Below, one piece after another: positions 1-12,264 of a DNA stretch of 64,000 nt (within the stretch, counting starts at the first letter, position 1; each line of letters begins with the position of its first letter). Under the pieces are notes generated by a model that worked only from the letters and a program-made list of their open reading frames with translations, was not told the DNA's origin and did not search any database. This stretch comes from Oopsacas minuta (Eukaryota; Animalia; Porifera): positions 62,001 through 126,000 of the forward strand of contig JAKMXF010000306.1 of the NCBI GenBank assembly GCA_024704765.1. The letters run 5' to 3'. The position numbers and the translations under genes are program-made.

Positions 1-356
1 AAAAGATCTGACTACAGGAACATGTAGTAGGTTTCTGGGGTTAAATTTATAAATATGTACCTAAAGTGGGTGTTTTACTTAAGTGACCGTAACTATTCCC
101 AAAGTTGGTTACAACACTTTTCCAGGACAAATTCTACAGGACTAAAGTCTATAAAATTTAATTTGAATAAGTATACCCTCTAACATATATTTATATAATG
201 ATAGAATATTATGTGATATTGACAATGACATTCTGTTTGTAGCCTTTTAGGAAACCTAGAAATACCGAGATTGAGATCAAAAGAGATTGATAAAAGAAAA
301 AGTAGTTTAACAACATGATTATAGAAATATCCTCCAATATACTAGAATATAAATCA

Positions 357-980
357 CTAGTTAATGACGCAACACTTCCTTCGAAAAGATAAATCGGATC
401 TATCCTCAAATGTCAATGGAGTACACTCTTGAATATCTTTATGTACTTGAGAAAATGAATTAATGATTTCTGTGATCAAAAATTGAAAAGCAGATTCAAC
501 ATTTGAGTTTAGTAATGCTGAAGTTTCAATATACTTGAGACTATTCTCATGAGCGAATAATTCTGCAGTTGATATAGGAACTTGGCGGAGGTGTTTCAAA
601 TCAAATTTATTACCTACCAATACGATAGGAACTCCAGGATCACCATACTCTCTAATTTCTTGCAGCCAACGCCCAATACTGTCGAACGAATTTAAACTAC
701 AAATATCGAAAACAATCAGTGCACCTGCGGCCCCGCGGTAATAAGCATTCGTCATAGCCCTATACCTCTCTTGACCAGCAGTATCCCAGATTTGAGTCTT
801 CATTTTCTTCTTTCCAATCTGTATAGTACGAGTAGCGAAGTCAACGCCAATAGTGGTCTTTGATTCGCTATTAAATTCATCTCTAGTATAGCGAGATAGT
901 AAATTACTCTTCCCAACACCTGTATCACCAATTAAAACAAGTTTGATAACCATGTCGAATTCTTCATCAATAGTTACCAT
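357..980 (-). CDS. RAB11: Rab11-like small GTPase, single coding exon, 207 aa
   Basis: G1 GDTGVGKS, switch [10 protein letters not shown]3 [27 protein letters not shown]4 GNKFD, G5 ETSAL, C-terminal prenylation motif [19 protein letters not shown] and the LRQVP/AELFA segments are Rab11-subfamily-like. Confidence 0.9.
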   Translation of the reverse strand: MVTIDEEFDMVIKLVLIGDTGVGKSNLLSRYTRDEFNSESKTTIGVDFATRTIQIGKKKMKTQIWDTAGQERYRAMTNAYYRGAAGALIVFDICSLNSFDSIGRWLQEIREYGDPGVPIVLVGNKFDLKHLRQVPISTAELFAHENSLKYIETSALLNSNVESAFQFLITEIINSFSQVHKDIQECTPLTFEDRSDLSFRRKCCVIN

Positions 981-1419
981 TGAGTAAAAGAAATTCTAGA
1001 TCGACAAATAGGAACACTATTAAGCCAGTACAAGATTCATATTCAGGGACATTCTAAAGGGGTAGAATGGAGGGCAACACGCAATGCCGTGGCCATGGGG
1101 GCGGAGGACTGAGCCCAAATATTTTGCAATAAACTATATAAACTCCAACACTCTCTGAGGTGGTAATTATTCGAGTCAACTCAGCCAAGTTATTTCTTAT
1201 CCTGAACATATGTTGTAGATAATATACTTACCCAATTGATTGTTGATGCCTTATTTGCTAGGTATATACATCCACTGAGGATAACTTCTGGACATATAAA
1301 CAGTCAAACACTATGGTTCAATCATTGTAAATGATGGACACATAGTGTTTGACTATTTGTACATCCAGAATTGATAGAAGAAACTGAAGCTGATTTTTGC
1401 CCCACAGAGGTATTTTGGG

Positions 1420-1500
1420 CCTGGCTCGGACAAGTTCGAGTCTTGGACAAAATTTCACGCCCTACGATGAAATTATGACGTCATTGCTACCTTCTTGGAT
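1420..1500. repeat. Member of an interspersed repeat family (also ~5740-5830, ~37570-37650, ~39120-39200)
   Basis: Shared GTATTTTGGGCCTGGCTCGG..AGTCTTGGAC.AA.TTCAC.CCTA.GA.GAAA.TA.GA.GTCATT in both orientations. Confidence 0.75.
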
Positions 1501-2395
1501 TATAAGTTTAGGCAACATACAAGATAGAGGTTGAAAATTAGAATCTTAGGACCCCTCAATATGCCAAATGTCCCTATGTCATCACTTTGAACAATTGCGA
1601 ACTCATCATGAATTATTCGCCATCAAGATTGTACTTAAAATTAAATTATTCAAGATACGATATTTAACGTAAGTTTGGAAGTATTCGAGGCACATACAAC
1701 TTAGTGGCGAACTCATACCGAAAACTAGCATAGCTGCCAATGTGGGACGCTCAGAAGGCCATAATAGTTCTTTATGCAATGCGCAATTTGAAATACGTTT
1801 GAATGTTCTAAATTTTCGAAATTAATTTACTTACTTGATTAAACTGATAATACATAGGTCCTGAAATCTCCCCGAATGCTTTCTTAATTTGATTTCACTC
1901 CTGTAGCAGTTTCCGTCACTGTTTACAGAACTTATGTGACTGAATCAATCCAATGATATTTTACAGGGTTCAAATTAAATTTTGTTACATAATCAACACA
2001 AATTCCTTCATATAGTACATATCCACTTAGTAATCATTGTTATATTTATAGCGGCATTGCAGTGCAATCTCTATAAGCGGGGTAATTTTCGTCAACTTCC
2101 ATTCAGTTCCATAGAAAAAAACCTCTATATGCGGTGAGTGGGGAATGAGGCATAATTTAGAGTAAATTATACCTCACACCATTGAAATCTACGTCTATAA
2201 GTTGGAATTCTACCAATAATTTCCTTGTATAATCAATTTTTGTGCCAATTTGGAAAAAAAGTATTTATTGCCATAATGTATTGAAATTTTTGGGTTTCTC
2301 AGATGAAAATTTCTTACTAATTAATATATTCAACCAGCATCATTAGGGCACATTATTACCATGTATCGAAAGTCATTTTCCATGAACCGATATTA

Positions 2396-2811
2396 CAGGA
2401 AATTCCGCTTAATTGGGACAAATCTACAGGAAAGGAATCATATCCATTAATGTTTATACTAAATATTTTCGGTTAATCGGTACATACTCTGCTAATCGAG
2501 TCAAATTTTGTATCTCAATCAAGGCGAAATTTTCTTGAGTTAAGAAATTCAAAATAGGTAGGTTTTTCCAGTCATCGTTTTCAACATGAATTACCAAACG
2601 TACTAAATGATCCGAAAATATGAAAGTTAGTACATTGGATGGGTTTGGCTCAACCATAGAGTGTTAACTTGCTTTACGAGACTATGCGACTGAAAATAGA
2701 ATAGTACTGCTCTTTAGTATTGTCATTAGAAATCTCCGGTTAATTTGGAACTCCGCTTAATCGGGACAAAAGAGCTGGAACCGATGTGTCCTAATTAAGC
2801 GGAGTTGACTG
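2396..2811. mobile_element. pogo/Tigger-like (Tc1-mariner superfamily) MITE
   Basis: TA|CAGGAAATTCCGCTTAATTGGGACA at left and TGTCCTAATTAAGCGGAGTTGACTG|TA at right: imperfect TIRs with TA flanks. Confidence 0.65.
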
Positions 2812-2876
2812 TATTTATTTTATTTATTTTTGAATATCTCCTATACTGAGTAGGTATTTTGGAATTTACTCTCACA

Positions 2877-3242
2877 ATGTCTTCGAAGCTTAATGTGGTT
2901 GAACTATTTTCTGAACATCAATTACGGATGCAAAGTTTAATTTGCTACATTTTACCTAGATTTCTATCCAACATTGCTATATCTACAGTCAATCTCTCCC
3001 CTTCTACTCAACTCTTATCTCTGGAACATTTGCTCGACCTTTTACAAATCGTATATAAAGAATGCAAGTCTGGGACTTGCAAAAATGATGAAAGTTCAAT
3101 TCGATATATTAATCAAATATCTGAGGATATTTCTACCCTTAGCCAATTTCAGATCTCTATGAAAGATTTTGACCCAATAAAATTGATTGGTAAGGGAGCT
3201 TTCGGAGAAGTATACTTGGTTAGATATAAAGCAAATTCTATG
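2877..3242 (+). CDS. CDC42BP: MRCK/CDC42-binding protein kinase, coding exon 1 (N-terminal cap and kinase subdomains I-II)
   Basis: ATG at 2877; LLSLEHLLDLLQIVYKEC (DMPK/MRCK N-terminal cap) and DFDPIKLIGKGAFGEVYLV; phase-0 donor ATG|GTAATT at 3243 joins in frame to exon 2 (VFALKIL). Confidence 0.85.
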
Positions 3243-3582
3243 GTAATTTCACTATATATGATTCTTGGCATTTATTTTTACGTAACATACTAATTCTGAA
3301 AATATTGTGGCTTAAACTATTACAATATAAGTTCCATATCATCGATTGCCTTTGCCGATCCAGGATATATTTTCCCAACTAGTTTGAATTGGAGGATCCA
3401 CAGACAAACGACCAGCACGACAAGCTAAAATTTGCTACCACTTTGAGTAAGCTTTCTACTTTCTCTTACCCTCGAATCTTAAAATTATTGCTCTTAAGTT
3501 GTTAATACACAATTGGTGTGAAAATTTTATGACTTTGTTAATTTGTCTATGGATCTGTTGAACATTGATGTAGACTGGAGAG

Positions 3583-3852
3583 CAGGGCTGTCCAACTAAA
3601 TATAGTGTGCGTGCCAGAAATTAATGATACCAAGCATTGTTGTACAGAAATGCTTGATATTATTAATTTTTGAGGAATTTTGTGGGTTCCTAGGATGAGT
3701 GTTGTAGTGCTTCATACTAAGGGACAAAATTCAAACTTTTCACATTGAAAAGCTCTTATAAACTGTATTGATATATTCCAGGGTACAATTGAGGTATGTT
3801 AGTCTACGGGCCGCACAAAAGGCACCAATGGGAAGCATGTTGGTCAACCCTC
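3583..3852. mobile_element. hAT-type MITE
   Basis: CAGGGCTGTCCAAC ... GTTGGTCAACCCT termini; flanks CTGGAGAG / CTGTAGAG resemble a decayed 8-bp TSD. Confidence 0.5.
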
Positions 3853-6800
3853 TGTAGAGGGTACTATTCTGAGAAATTTGATGTGTTTTTGATTTTCAAA
3901 TTGTGCAAAGTATGTATATATGCTGTCATGACCCTAGGCAGTGGAACTTTGGAGGTAGGATGTTGGCTGACTGTGTCGCCCTACTTCATTTCCTAGATAC
4001 CTTTTCACAGGAAATTCTATGAAAAGGCTTAACTTGAATTGGAAGCTCCATGAACATTTTTTGGCGGCATTTCGGGACAGGATCTTACGATCTTAGATTA
4101 GTACGCGGTATATACCCGAGATTAGGGTGATACAACTATTCTAACACGATTGAAAGTAGATGCGAGCGAAACAACAACAATACCCTCCCCTTTGTTTAAT
4201 TTCCACCAGACTTCCCATACCTGTTGAATATAATTTGTTATCTCTTAAGATTACAGTTGTCAGCAAAAGAAATGTTCCTTGAATATATATAATTGCTTTT
4301 AACAAATTTTGTTTCGCTGATCACCTATATCATATTATCAATTCAGTTTTTGTACTAGCCTTTGTTTCCTATTTATTAGGCCTAACAGTTAATGTAGCGG
4401 ATACAGGAATTTTGTAATTGGTGTGTGCCTCAGAAAATTTTTTGAATCTTAAGATGTCAATTAGCCCAATCTATACTTATTGTTCGTACCAAGGAGAATT
4501 TTATTCTATGAAAATGTAAATTATTTGACATAATCGAAATATTCCATATTTCGTGTGTGATATTACACAGCAAAAGCTTTGCTATCATAATAATGTGGGT
4601 ACCTACACCTAAATTTAACAAGAAGTTCACTTTAAGTATAGTATACTCTATATCAGATCTGAGAGTAACCATAAATATTATGTGAATTCTATTATGGAGT
4701 AATTGCATTTTTTCCCTAATATGTTTGTTGCATATTTGCAGACTAACAAATTTCCTGGCATAATTTCCTATATTTCAAGGTGTGTCAAAACATATCAGTA
4801 TTGAGCATTTATTTGGCATATATGGCATTCTTTGATGCCTTGTCTAATGTTAAATATTTCATTGTCATCTTTCAATATACCTGCCGCACATCACTTGCTT
4901 TGTCACTGTACGACTGGCGCTAGACGCCATAATTCTTAGCACCTCATTCCTCGAGTTGAGCTGAAGTATACAATAGCTTGATTATGTCGTTACGCGACGG
5001 GATGTATTCAGCACTAAGTAACTCGAATTTCAAATAATGCCCCAAATTCTCAGATTTTATTATCAATGGCCATATACCCGAGCTCTTATTCAACTGGGGT
5101 GTACTTAGCAGGGGTGTTTCCACTGATTTCGACCGTTGTCAGTTTTTCTTTTGAGACTCTACTGGTATTGCACATTTGGGAGTAACATATTGCCCCTGTG
5201 CTGATATGAGTCTCATGGTCGGCACTTTGTGTCATTCATGTCTACTGAACTGGCACTTTTAGGTCCCCGCCAAGCAATTTGATAAAAGTTTTTCTTTTGC
5301 TCTGCTTAGTGCCTCAGGTTTGCTTAAGTATTAAACAGCTAAATTTCTTGATGCTTTTGGTCGCTACACTACCAAATAAACTCATCACTGCCTTCTTCGA
5401 TGTTACCCATTTTTTACAGAAATCTAAATTTTTTATTGTCCAATGTCTATCTAAATTCCATTTAATGCCTTATGTGATAACACCGGAGCTGCAACGTGGC
5501 TTTGGCTAGTTACTTTAGTCTTCGTGCCTCGAGGATTATGAAATTCTCAAAATTATCGAAATTTTAATTTTGATTTTTGTACAGACATGATGACATAATA
5601 ATCCCATGATGAGTCAGCTTTCCCAAAACATACTTCCGGACATCTGGCATATTTAGGTGTAGCTGTGATTCAAATTTCAAATTTCGATCATGTATATTTG
5701 CTGATTAATGGCAAATAATGTGATTTTCGAAAATTCAGCATGGTCATAATGACGTTATACTTTCGTCGTAGGTGTGAATTTTCGCCTAAGACTCGAACAC
5801 TTCCGATCCAGGCCTAAAATACTGATGCAATCCACAAATATACGTATAAGCCATATCTACTATTTTATAAGATCAATCCCCTTTCTAGCCGTTGAGAGCA
5901 TGTATCTAAGATGAGATATTTCTAATTTGTTTACTTTATATTCATAAACTAACGATAAATTCACATATGAGAAACTTGAACATGCGAAATTCTTGTTCAG
6001 CGTATTGTGTTACCTCTGTGTAGCCGTTTAGAGCGAATATTGGATTTCATGGATTTGAAATCCATGGAATTTTGATGAATATAGGTCTACAATTTCTTGT
6101 TTTGGATTCTCAAGAGTTCAAAGGATATCATCAGGTCCATGAAATTATGGATTTAATGGATTTTTCTTGGATTTGATTTTATATTCATCTTCCTAATTGA
6201 TATGGATATATGTTCGTTTGAAAGATGAATTACCGATTGGATTTGGATAATGATGAGTATCCATCCAGGACCACTGCATATGGGGGTATTTGGGATTGGT
6301 TCGGAGATTTTTCATTCTTGGACGAACATTCATACATATGACAAAATTATGACGTAATTGTAAGCTTTTGGATTTTAACAAAACCCACTACTAGCCTCTG
6401 CTCAGCCAATATACATGATAGAAATTTGAATTTTGAAACATAAGTACGCCTCATATTGTGTTAAATGTCCTAACTTCATGATAGTGACCAAATGCAAACT
6501 TTTCATGTAAGTATTCCGTCATAACTTAATAACAAAAAATCAAAATTCTCCCAATTTCGATATTTTTGAGAATTTCTTAGTACTCGAGACTCGAAGTGCC
6601 CAGAATACTAGCCAATAGGCTTGTAGCAGCTCAGGTGTTACTTTAGAAGACAATTGAATGGAATCTTGATGGACCTGGATCATATACTTTTTAAATTTCT
6701 GCTATTAGCACTAAGATATTAAGCTGCTTAGTACTTTAGCTAATCTGAGGCACTAACCTGCCGCGTAGCGATCTAGAAGGCGAAACGCCCTTGTAATTGT

Positions 6801-8956
6801 TATTTCAGTAGATTCATATACAGAAATTATGTTAGGTCATCCATGGTTCTTCAACAGGGGGATTTTCTGAATTGGAAAGGTGACGAAAACAATATTATAG
6901 ATATAACTGCTTTTTGCTTAGCGTAGCCCAGTCCACTAATGTATATTTTGCTTTGTTGAGAAGAACATGTAATCAATATATAGTTTTCATCATCTCTCTT
7001 AGTAATACAAATCTGAAAACAATATATTTATGTTCGAGACCTTCCAGAAATGAGACGAGATGAAGGTATGGTATAATTTCATATGAATTTAGTTTCTATC
7101 ACCTCAAATGTTCAAATCTTTTCGTTTCATAGTGGTAATTTGGAGTTGGGAAATCTAAAATCTGAAATATCCCTATACATTCACATCATCCCAGATTTTA
7201 CCCCTAAATTTCAGAATATACCCCACCATATACGATACAACTTTGTTGCACCGTGTATGTTGAGAGTTACATGCAATATGTTGCATGGAGACAGAACATG
7301 CTTCATTTTTGTTCAACAATGTTGTATTTTCATTATTATTTATTGTATTACAGATTGCTTTGGTCATTATTACTCAATTGATATATTAAGCAGAAAAATC
7401 AATAAACGTATACGTGAAATTTATTACACAATCGTGTTTTGAAATGAAAGTGAGTAGCTGATATATATTAGGCCATGTAAGTAATATACTTGTTTCTCAT
7501 CCACCCCCGTCCGGGATGATTTTATTTGTTTTTTTTCGAGATTTATATATAATTATTTCGTTTACTAGTTTTATAGTGGAGAAATTCAATATTTTGATGC
7601 CCAGAGAGTTTGTAGCAATATAATAGAAGGGTGAAAATTTTTATATATTAACCGGTCTTTAGAAAGTACAAAATCTAACCTCCCGTCATATCATTTTCCG
7701 AAGAAATTCCAGATAAGAAACAATCACTTAATTTTGCACGGCCTAAATAGAAAACATTGCTGTACTCAGATAATCTAACTGTTCGTTTTTGGTCATTATG
7801 TAGATCAGAAATATTGTTATAGCAAATTGTTAATATAGTTTATTTGATAGATGCATTTAAATATGTATATTGATTTCTACATGAAGTTATCTATAGCAGT
7901 GATCCTCAAACTGGGGTACGCCAGCACTTTTAATATTGGTACGCCGGGGTTTCACCAAATCATATACAATATTTCGAGTTACACTCCATCATGTCAACAG
8001 ATTCAGCACAGAGATTGTAATTTAATGCCAAGTAATTAATATGTATCAGTTGCAATGGTTTCATCACTGATTATTATCACCCTTGAATATTTAATTTTTG
8101 AGGTTATGCTAATTAAGGATTCCATTGTCCGTACATATGTGTCAGCTCATATTGATTTGAATATCACAGCCACCCGTGTATCGTATTGTTTTATAAAATG
8201 GAATGAAATGGAAATTGGGGGAGTATTTCTTTGAGCCCTTGAATTTATCACCAAATTCATATGGTATCTCGTAAGAAACGGAAATAATGAAGATTATATC
8301 AAATATGGATTACATCCATACTTAAAGGGGGACGGGAACTACCACAATGTGTAATAGGTTATAAGGTGCTATCTGAGGGCTCGATGAAACGAAGTTTTCT
8401 AAAACGCCATTTAAGCGGGTGCCAGCCAAATCTTGCAGATAAGGGTATAGATTTCTTCAAGCACCAAGAAGTAGGAGTAAAGCAAATCCGTATAGATCAC
8501 AGAAGACAATTGAGTCAACAGACTCAAGCAGGTCTTCGTGGCTCGTACATGGCGGATTTACGAATCGCTCAAGAGAAGAAACCACGTACGATTGCAGAAA
8601 TCTTATACTCCCCTGTTGTAAGGACATCATGCACTGCATTTTGGGAGATAGCGCCGAAAAGAAACTCCCTCTCTGCCTCTCTCGAACGACACAATCAAGC
8701 GCCGAATTACAGATATGGCAGATGACGTTGAGCAGCAGGTAGTTGCTGAGATTTTGGGAGCCCCATTGAACACGTTTTCAATTCAACTTGGTGAATCTAC
8801 GGACGTTTCTAGTTGTGCGCAACTACTGGTATTTGTACGGTAAATCAAAGACTGGGCCTTCACGGAAGAGTTCCTATTTTGCCATTGCTTGGAAACAACT
8901 ACAAAAGGAGAAGATATCTTCCAGCAGGTCTCTGACTACTTTGATAGAATGGGACT

Positions 8957-11900
8957 CACAGTGGCACGAAATGACTAGAACCTGGAATTAGGTATTAGGG
9001 CACTAGATAACGTATTAGCCTATATTATTGAAATATGTGGGAATTGTACCCAAGGAATCGATTGACGTAACTAGATTTTTCTAAGACTTTGGGTGTGAAG
9101 TAATGACGTCATTGTCACATTCAAAATATTTTGATTTTTTATCGATTTTAATTAAGCCAATTCGTGAGCTATAAGTTCAGAAATTGAATGCTTTATGTTT
9201 TGATATTATTAACACTATTTAATGTACATTTTTATCAATTTATGAAACCATATTTCTTGTTAAAATTACCTACCGTTCATTGAACTACAAACTATAATGT
9301 ATTTATAATTAGAGAATTCACCAAAATATCTTGACAGCTCTTTAACTCAGATCTGGCTCCGAATCGTTTTTGGTAATATAACGAAAGGGTGCTAAAATTG
9401 GATCACTTTGAGAGATAAGCCTGACGAACATATCTTTAACGTTGTCCTCAAAGCTAAATTTTCTTGAGAGTCTCTCAAGGTATCGCCTGACTAATCTATT
9501 ACAAGATTCAAGGCCTTCTTCAGGCAAATCTTCTAAGCGAAACCCATCGTTATGATCTGCAATTATTTGTGGTGCATGGGCTAGAAGTTTATGTAAGGTA
9601 GGGGTTACATGTCCCATGAAAGATTGGTTAAAATGGATTCGTATGTCTCTCGGGATACATTATCAAGGCCTTCAGTATCCAATTTCCTGTTGCTATTATA
9701 CAATCAGGATAGCACTCAAATTATTAAAGATTGTAATGACAACTTGATGTGTCTCTTGAAGAACAACCGTCAATACCCAATAGAGAAAATCTTGCACAAT
9801 ATCATCGCTACGTATGAAGCATCCCCGAACAACATTTCCAGTTGTGGTGGTCCCTCCTTGGACTGATGGTGTGTCAATTGATATACTAAGTTTTTCTTCA
9901 ATAAGGCTAGTAATAAATTTCTTGGTCCCAAGAATTATTGGCGAAGTTGGTGACCATTTTTGAATAGCACCACACTGTAAATGGCAAATCAATAATAGGA
10001 ACCAACTAAATGTTCTCAAATATGCATGCAGAGGGGAAGCTGATATGATATCTTTTTCTGAGATCGGTTTGTGTGTTAAATTGAATCTTGGATTTGTTGG
10101 CAAAGATAAAAATTCTTCCTCGTCAACCTCATCAAATACATCACGTGCACCACGGATGGTCCTATTTATGGGAAAGCCATCTTGAACTATGCTAATATCG
10201 TGTATCTGTTGGAACGTTGAAATTCACATTTGACAATTAGCACCACCAGCACCGCCTAAGATTTTTGCCATCTTTGTATCGAAATGAGATCTTATGATCT
10301 TGACCTCTGCATTGCCATTGTGTAAACACAAACCACTCTCTTCAATAGTTGAAGTTTCGTTATTTATTAATGAGTCCATCAAAAACTTGACACTCTCTTC
10401 ATTTTCTGGAAGGGCTAAGAGGGGACTGGTCGAGTGCAAAAGGGCGAATTTGGATGATGAGGTTTCCATAGGATATGATCATTTGCTTTTATGATTGCGT
10501 TAACCTTGAAACCAAATAAAATGAAGGTTTTAGTCTAGAGGTCACGGTTAGATATAGCTAGCTGGTAAACTCGATGATACCCAGATCCATCTAAGCCATC
10601 GGATACTCGAACTTTCAGCGGACAGACAAGGGTATCAGGACTTAAGTTAAATACAATTCGTTCAACTGTATGGGTGAGTAGTCTGGTATAAGAAATACCT
10701 ACACCATATGGAAATTCTCTATGAATTATACGCACCTCATCCAGCAAATTAATTTGAGCCCGATGTTTAGCTACACTATTGTAGCCTGGTAACTTGAGAT
10801 CTTCAGATAGTAACGTACGCCGAAGTTCTAAATACTTTGTTTTACCGATCTCAAGCGAATCGAAAAGAAAGGCAGATTTATCAAGTGATAATTGTGGATA
10901 GATGGGAGATGACTTTCCCTTCTCGAGTATCTCTTTACAAACATTAGCACTATTCATGTCCTGCTCCTCATTGCAACAAAGTAGTAGGAGATAAGTTGCA
11001 AGAGTCTTTGGAGATACATGCTCGTTTTCAGCGACTGATTCGAGGTGAGACTTAAGAGAAGAGAGCCGATTTCTCAAACCTTTGATCGTTGAGTCAGCGA
11101 GCCATTTCTTTTTTGAAAGATTGAAGTCTTCTTCAAAGTTAATGGTTAATGAAGAAGAGGCACTTAACCTAGGCTTCTTTGGCAGAGGACAGAAGCACAT
11201 GGAATTCCAAATATCAGGGTCCGAATATTTATGAAAAGAGGCTCTCTCTTTTTGAATATCATTGAACTTCAGACGAAAGAAATTTTGTTGATCTCGATCA
11301 AAACCATGAGTTGAAATAAATTGGTTTGCGATTGAACGGGTGCTAAGTAATTTATGCTCACAATAAAACTGAAAAGCTTGAAGGTTGTTCATTTTCTAGA
11401 TAATTAATATATTATTTATTAACAATATTGTAAATACAGGGCAAAAAGTAAGATTATATATATATGCATGTTTGTTTTATAAGCTTATAAAATACATTCT
11501 GAAATCTAAGAATTAAGGAACATTTGACGAAACTTTCTCTCACTGTAGAAGAGTGTTGATTTTTTAATGGAACCTTTCTAAAATGCGTGCTCAGAACATT
11601 TATTTATATTAATTACAAGCTGAATCTTTTAAACACAAGCATAAAATTATAAATAACTTCACGTTTTGATTATATCGCTAAGCGACCATAATATTTATAT
11701 AAAATTTTTGAAAATGTTAGATAAATTCAAAAGTTCATGTGATTGAAACTATATTTGCGCGAATTTTCGGGAACCTGGAAATTGTTGTATTTTATAGAGA
11801 ATTAAAAATGCTATATTATGAAACTCAGGAGACAACTTGACAGAACGCGACAGATGAAGTTATGAGACTTCGAAGTTGAGTGACGGCAGAAATATCCAAC

Positions 11901-12264
11901 AGAAAAGTTTATCAAAATATTTGAGCTATTTTAAGGATTCATTACTTGAACTCCGCTTATATAATCACTATAATAAGTGAGTAGTCGAAAATGCAATGGA
12001 ATGAAGTCTTTGGAATGTATTAGTTGCTTAGATATTGGAATTTAAGTTCATTCATATAAATGAATATCTGTGGTTTTCAAGAACAATTTTTGAGCAAGAA
12101 ATTGTAATGCTTATATACATTCCAGTTGTTCCTAAACTAAATGATGGATCATAACAATTTTAGACATTTCAAGTTATTGGATATTTCTCTTTCCAATGAA
12201 CTTTAAATGGTTACTAAATATCGGATTGAAATTTTGACCAATTTCCACGGGGTGTGTCCCTGTG
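8957..12264 (-). mobile_element. RAG1-like / Transib-lineage transposon, full length with both ends (3308 bp)
   Basis: Ends CACAGTGGCAC (8957, +) and CACAGGGACAC (12264, -); perfect 5-bp TSD GGACT at 8952-8956 and 12265-12269; excision restores the host hAT frame AGA ATG GGA CTC TAC TGG (RMGLYW). Confidence 0.92.
9342..11392 (-). pseudogene. RAG1-like (Transib-type) DDE transposase, ~680 aa, disrupted
   Basis: LDGSG (D at ~10590), WKPHHPNSPFCTRP, HFDTKMAK (D at ~10279), GANCQM*, PINRT, HKP..SASPLHAYLR, TPTLHKLLAH, EEGLESCNRLVRRY (E at ~9508) parallel RAG1 CDGMG, PNSELCCKP, YDEKLVR, CTLC, SITRS, AKP..IDALH, FHKTLAH, SEGNESGNKLFRRF. In-frame stops at 10535 and 10224; frameshifts near 10422, 9700 and 9615. 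Confidence 0.88.

Noticed and set aside
1420-1445. CACAG/TACAGTG at the edge of the interspersed repeat family as RAG1L-derived MITE ends
   Set aside because: No matching opposite end or 5-bp TSD was found, the motif is absent in other copies, and similarity to the RAG1L interior is limited to GACGTCATTG.
2859-3293. ORF track 144-aa product as a stand-alone short kinase
   Set aside because: It runs through a GT donor at 3243 into intron sequence; it is exon 1 of MRCK. The listed start at 2859 is a TTG, and the first ATG is at 2877.
4457-8039. Assorted 60-120 aa ORFs in intron 1, and similar short ORFs elsewhere in the window
   Set aside because: Hydrophobic/AT-biased compositions typical of random ORFs, with no motifs or splice support.
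8957-9340. RAG2-like gene convergent with RAG1L, as in ProtoRAG
   Set aside because: Only ~385 bp lie between the stop codon and the element end, with no ORF or kelch-like sequence.
10224-10226. TGA at the CQM* Zn-ligand position as selenocysteine or a variant genetic code
   Set aside because: The same gene has a TAG stop and three frameshifts, and the host genes read normally in the standard code; this is simple decay.
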